DNA of 64,000 nucleotides from Chromatiales bacterium (GTDB lineage Bacteria > Pseudomonadota > Gammaproteobacteria > SpSt-1174). Below, piece after piece: positions 63,701 through 64,000 of this stretch. Within the stretch, counting starts at the first letter, position 1, and each line of letters opens with the position of its first letter. The translations under genes were made by a program, and so were the position numbers. Where the stretch lies: contig JABURS010000019.1 in assembly GCA_014762505.1 (NCBI GenBank), forward strand, positions 12,919-76,918, given 5' to 3'. Under the pieces are notes generated by a model that made no database searches, was not told the origin of the DNA, and worked only from the letters and a program-made list of their open reading frames with translations.

Positions 63701-64000
63701 CGGCCAGCTCGAAGCCCGGTGGCACGTCGGCCTCCAGCGGGAAGCGGCGCAGCAGTTCCTGGCACAGGGCGTGGAAGGTGGTGGTGCGCACACCGCGTTC
63801 GGCATGCAGCAGCTGTTCGTAGAGGTGGCGGGCACGCCGGCGCGTGGCCGCGTCGGTGGCCTCGCCGATCCTGCCCAGGGCGGCGGCGAGCTGGTCGTCG
63901 TCCATGCCCGCCCAGCCCCGTACCCGGGCGAGCAGGCGTTCCTGCATCTCGCCGGCGGCCTTGCGGGTGAAGGTCACGGCCAGGATGCCGTCCGGGCGGG
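60726..64000 (-). CDS. addA: UvrD-family helicase-nuclease, AddA-like (partial; 5' end lies beyond the window)
   Basis: Frame is open to the window edge. Upstream codons read ..ILAVTFTRKAAGEM (UvrD motif Ia), helicase motifs follow, and a C-terminal PD-(D/E)xK nuclease motif (VVVVDYKTH). Over 1090 aa within the window. Confidence 0.7.
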   Translation of the reverse strand, partial: RPDGILAVTFTRKAAGEMQERLLARVRGWAGMDDDQLAAALGRIGEATDAATRRRARHLYEQLLHAERGVRTTTFHALCQELLRRFPLEADVPPGFELAETTGELRDAAFEAMIADATRDPETPVARGLEVLFDALNGIDNTRGALESFLAYRADWWAYTETAADPLAFADARLRAFLDTDPQADPVAELLDGPGLQRLTEFRALLEKHPTQTNLGFVETIATVLHEERSRADRYAALSNVFLTARGEPRVRKPSATQAKKMGADGEDRFLVLHAEFCADLARCREALARQQALAVNLAWYRAGQCYLDHYQRIKRERRMLDFADLEWRAYRLLNHSDNAAWVQYKLDQRIDHLLIDEFQDTNPTQWRLLLPLLEEIAAGDPERARSVFLVGDPKQSIYGFRRAQPELQAEASRWLEERLAGRQVPLSKSWRSSPAVMAFVNRLFDATPLGAQLAGFQTHDTHHHDLWGRVEVLPLVPRMDRPEPAESESPPVLRNPLEQPRPVYEDDTAYREGQAIARRIRALLDSGLPVGHGAEARPLRLDDILILLRNRTASAQLERALREAGIPYLGSERGGLLEALEIPDLLALLELLVTPFDNLRLAQVLKSPLFAASDDDLIALATTEGRYWLDRLATLAQGPGASPAIRAAQTRLAAWQPLAGALPIHDLLDHIYTEGDVLARYRAATPEDQRPVVMANLSRFLELALEVDAGRYPSLIKFLDRLRQLRAGANEAPDTPPAQGVDARVRIMTVHGSKGLEAPVVILADSTATANGRSTYAALVDWPADAERPARFLLPGRKDDLPEPVRALLDEKQLRDAREDANLLYVALTRARQLLIVSGHARGKGGETHWYAAIEQAIDGLGARDEEGIWVLEHGEPPVPAAPVAAAEGPAVPAGLDRRLATPPTTAEIAPSRQVGTGGLVEAEDEDGLARGVAIHRALELLTGPAPPDAGTLAARIAAELALAARREELEAWIGEARAALDHPAFADVFRPAAGIEARNELPILYARDGRRVYGLIDRLLIGDDRVVVVDYKTHRVDAGQCDALAAHYAPQLRLYADGLRRLWPEKAIDARLLFTHAGRQVRVDLEGA

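Noticed and set aside
62368-63765. 465-aa alternative-frame minus ORF inside addA
   Set aside because: Same-strand out-of-frame ORF with low-complexity Arg/Pro/Gly composition. The addA frame carries helicase motifs.

Overview
High-GC (~65%) gammaproteobacterial chromosome segment (the gene repertoire suggests a sulfur-oxidising, denitrifying autotroph or haloalkaliphile), densely coded, about 70 genes and no rRNA, tRNA or CRISPR. Every long ORF has a long antisense shadow ORF, which is a composition artefact and is ignored. Contents in order: (1) 3' end of a sulfur-oxidising heterodisulfide-reductase-like (sHdr) locus with its dedicated lipoate-assembly module: two LbpA lipoate-binding proteins flanking a DsrE3-type sulfur carrier, then radical-SAM LipS1, lipoate-protein ligase sLpl(AB)/LipT, a geranylgeranyl-reductase-like flavoprotein and radical-SAM LipS2. 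(2) A co-directional array: small coiled-coil protein, CbbQ/NorQ-type MoxR AAA+ ATPase, CbbO-like VWA protein, HDAC-family deacetylase, aldo-keto reductase and a Smr-less MutS2-like ATPase, with no RuBisCO or NOR structural gene nearby. (3) ilvIHC, psd-like/pssA, leuA (with a candidate Leu-rich leader peptide), UDG family 4, rimI, prfC. (4) Stress/transport genes, then a complete norCBQD cytochrome c nitric oxide reductase operon. (5) On the minus strand, a group 3b (sulfhydrogenase-type) [NiFe] hydrogenase hydBGDA plus endopeptidase, co-directional with valS-holC-pepA. (6) Three tandem paralogous ~110-aa Roadblock/LC7-like proteins plus a histone H1-like KA-repeat protein. (7) mobA-mobB-moeA, nfeD-SPFH, xerD, dsbC, and a frameshifted PQQ sugar dehydrogenase. 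(8) A ~2.3-kb low-GC (~40-45%) islet carrying a single class-1 OLD-family ABC-ATPase/TOPRIM nuclease (candidate antiphage defence) wedged next to recQ. (9) pyrC, cnoX-like thioredoxin and a partial addA-like helicase-nuclease.
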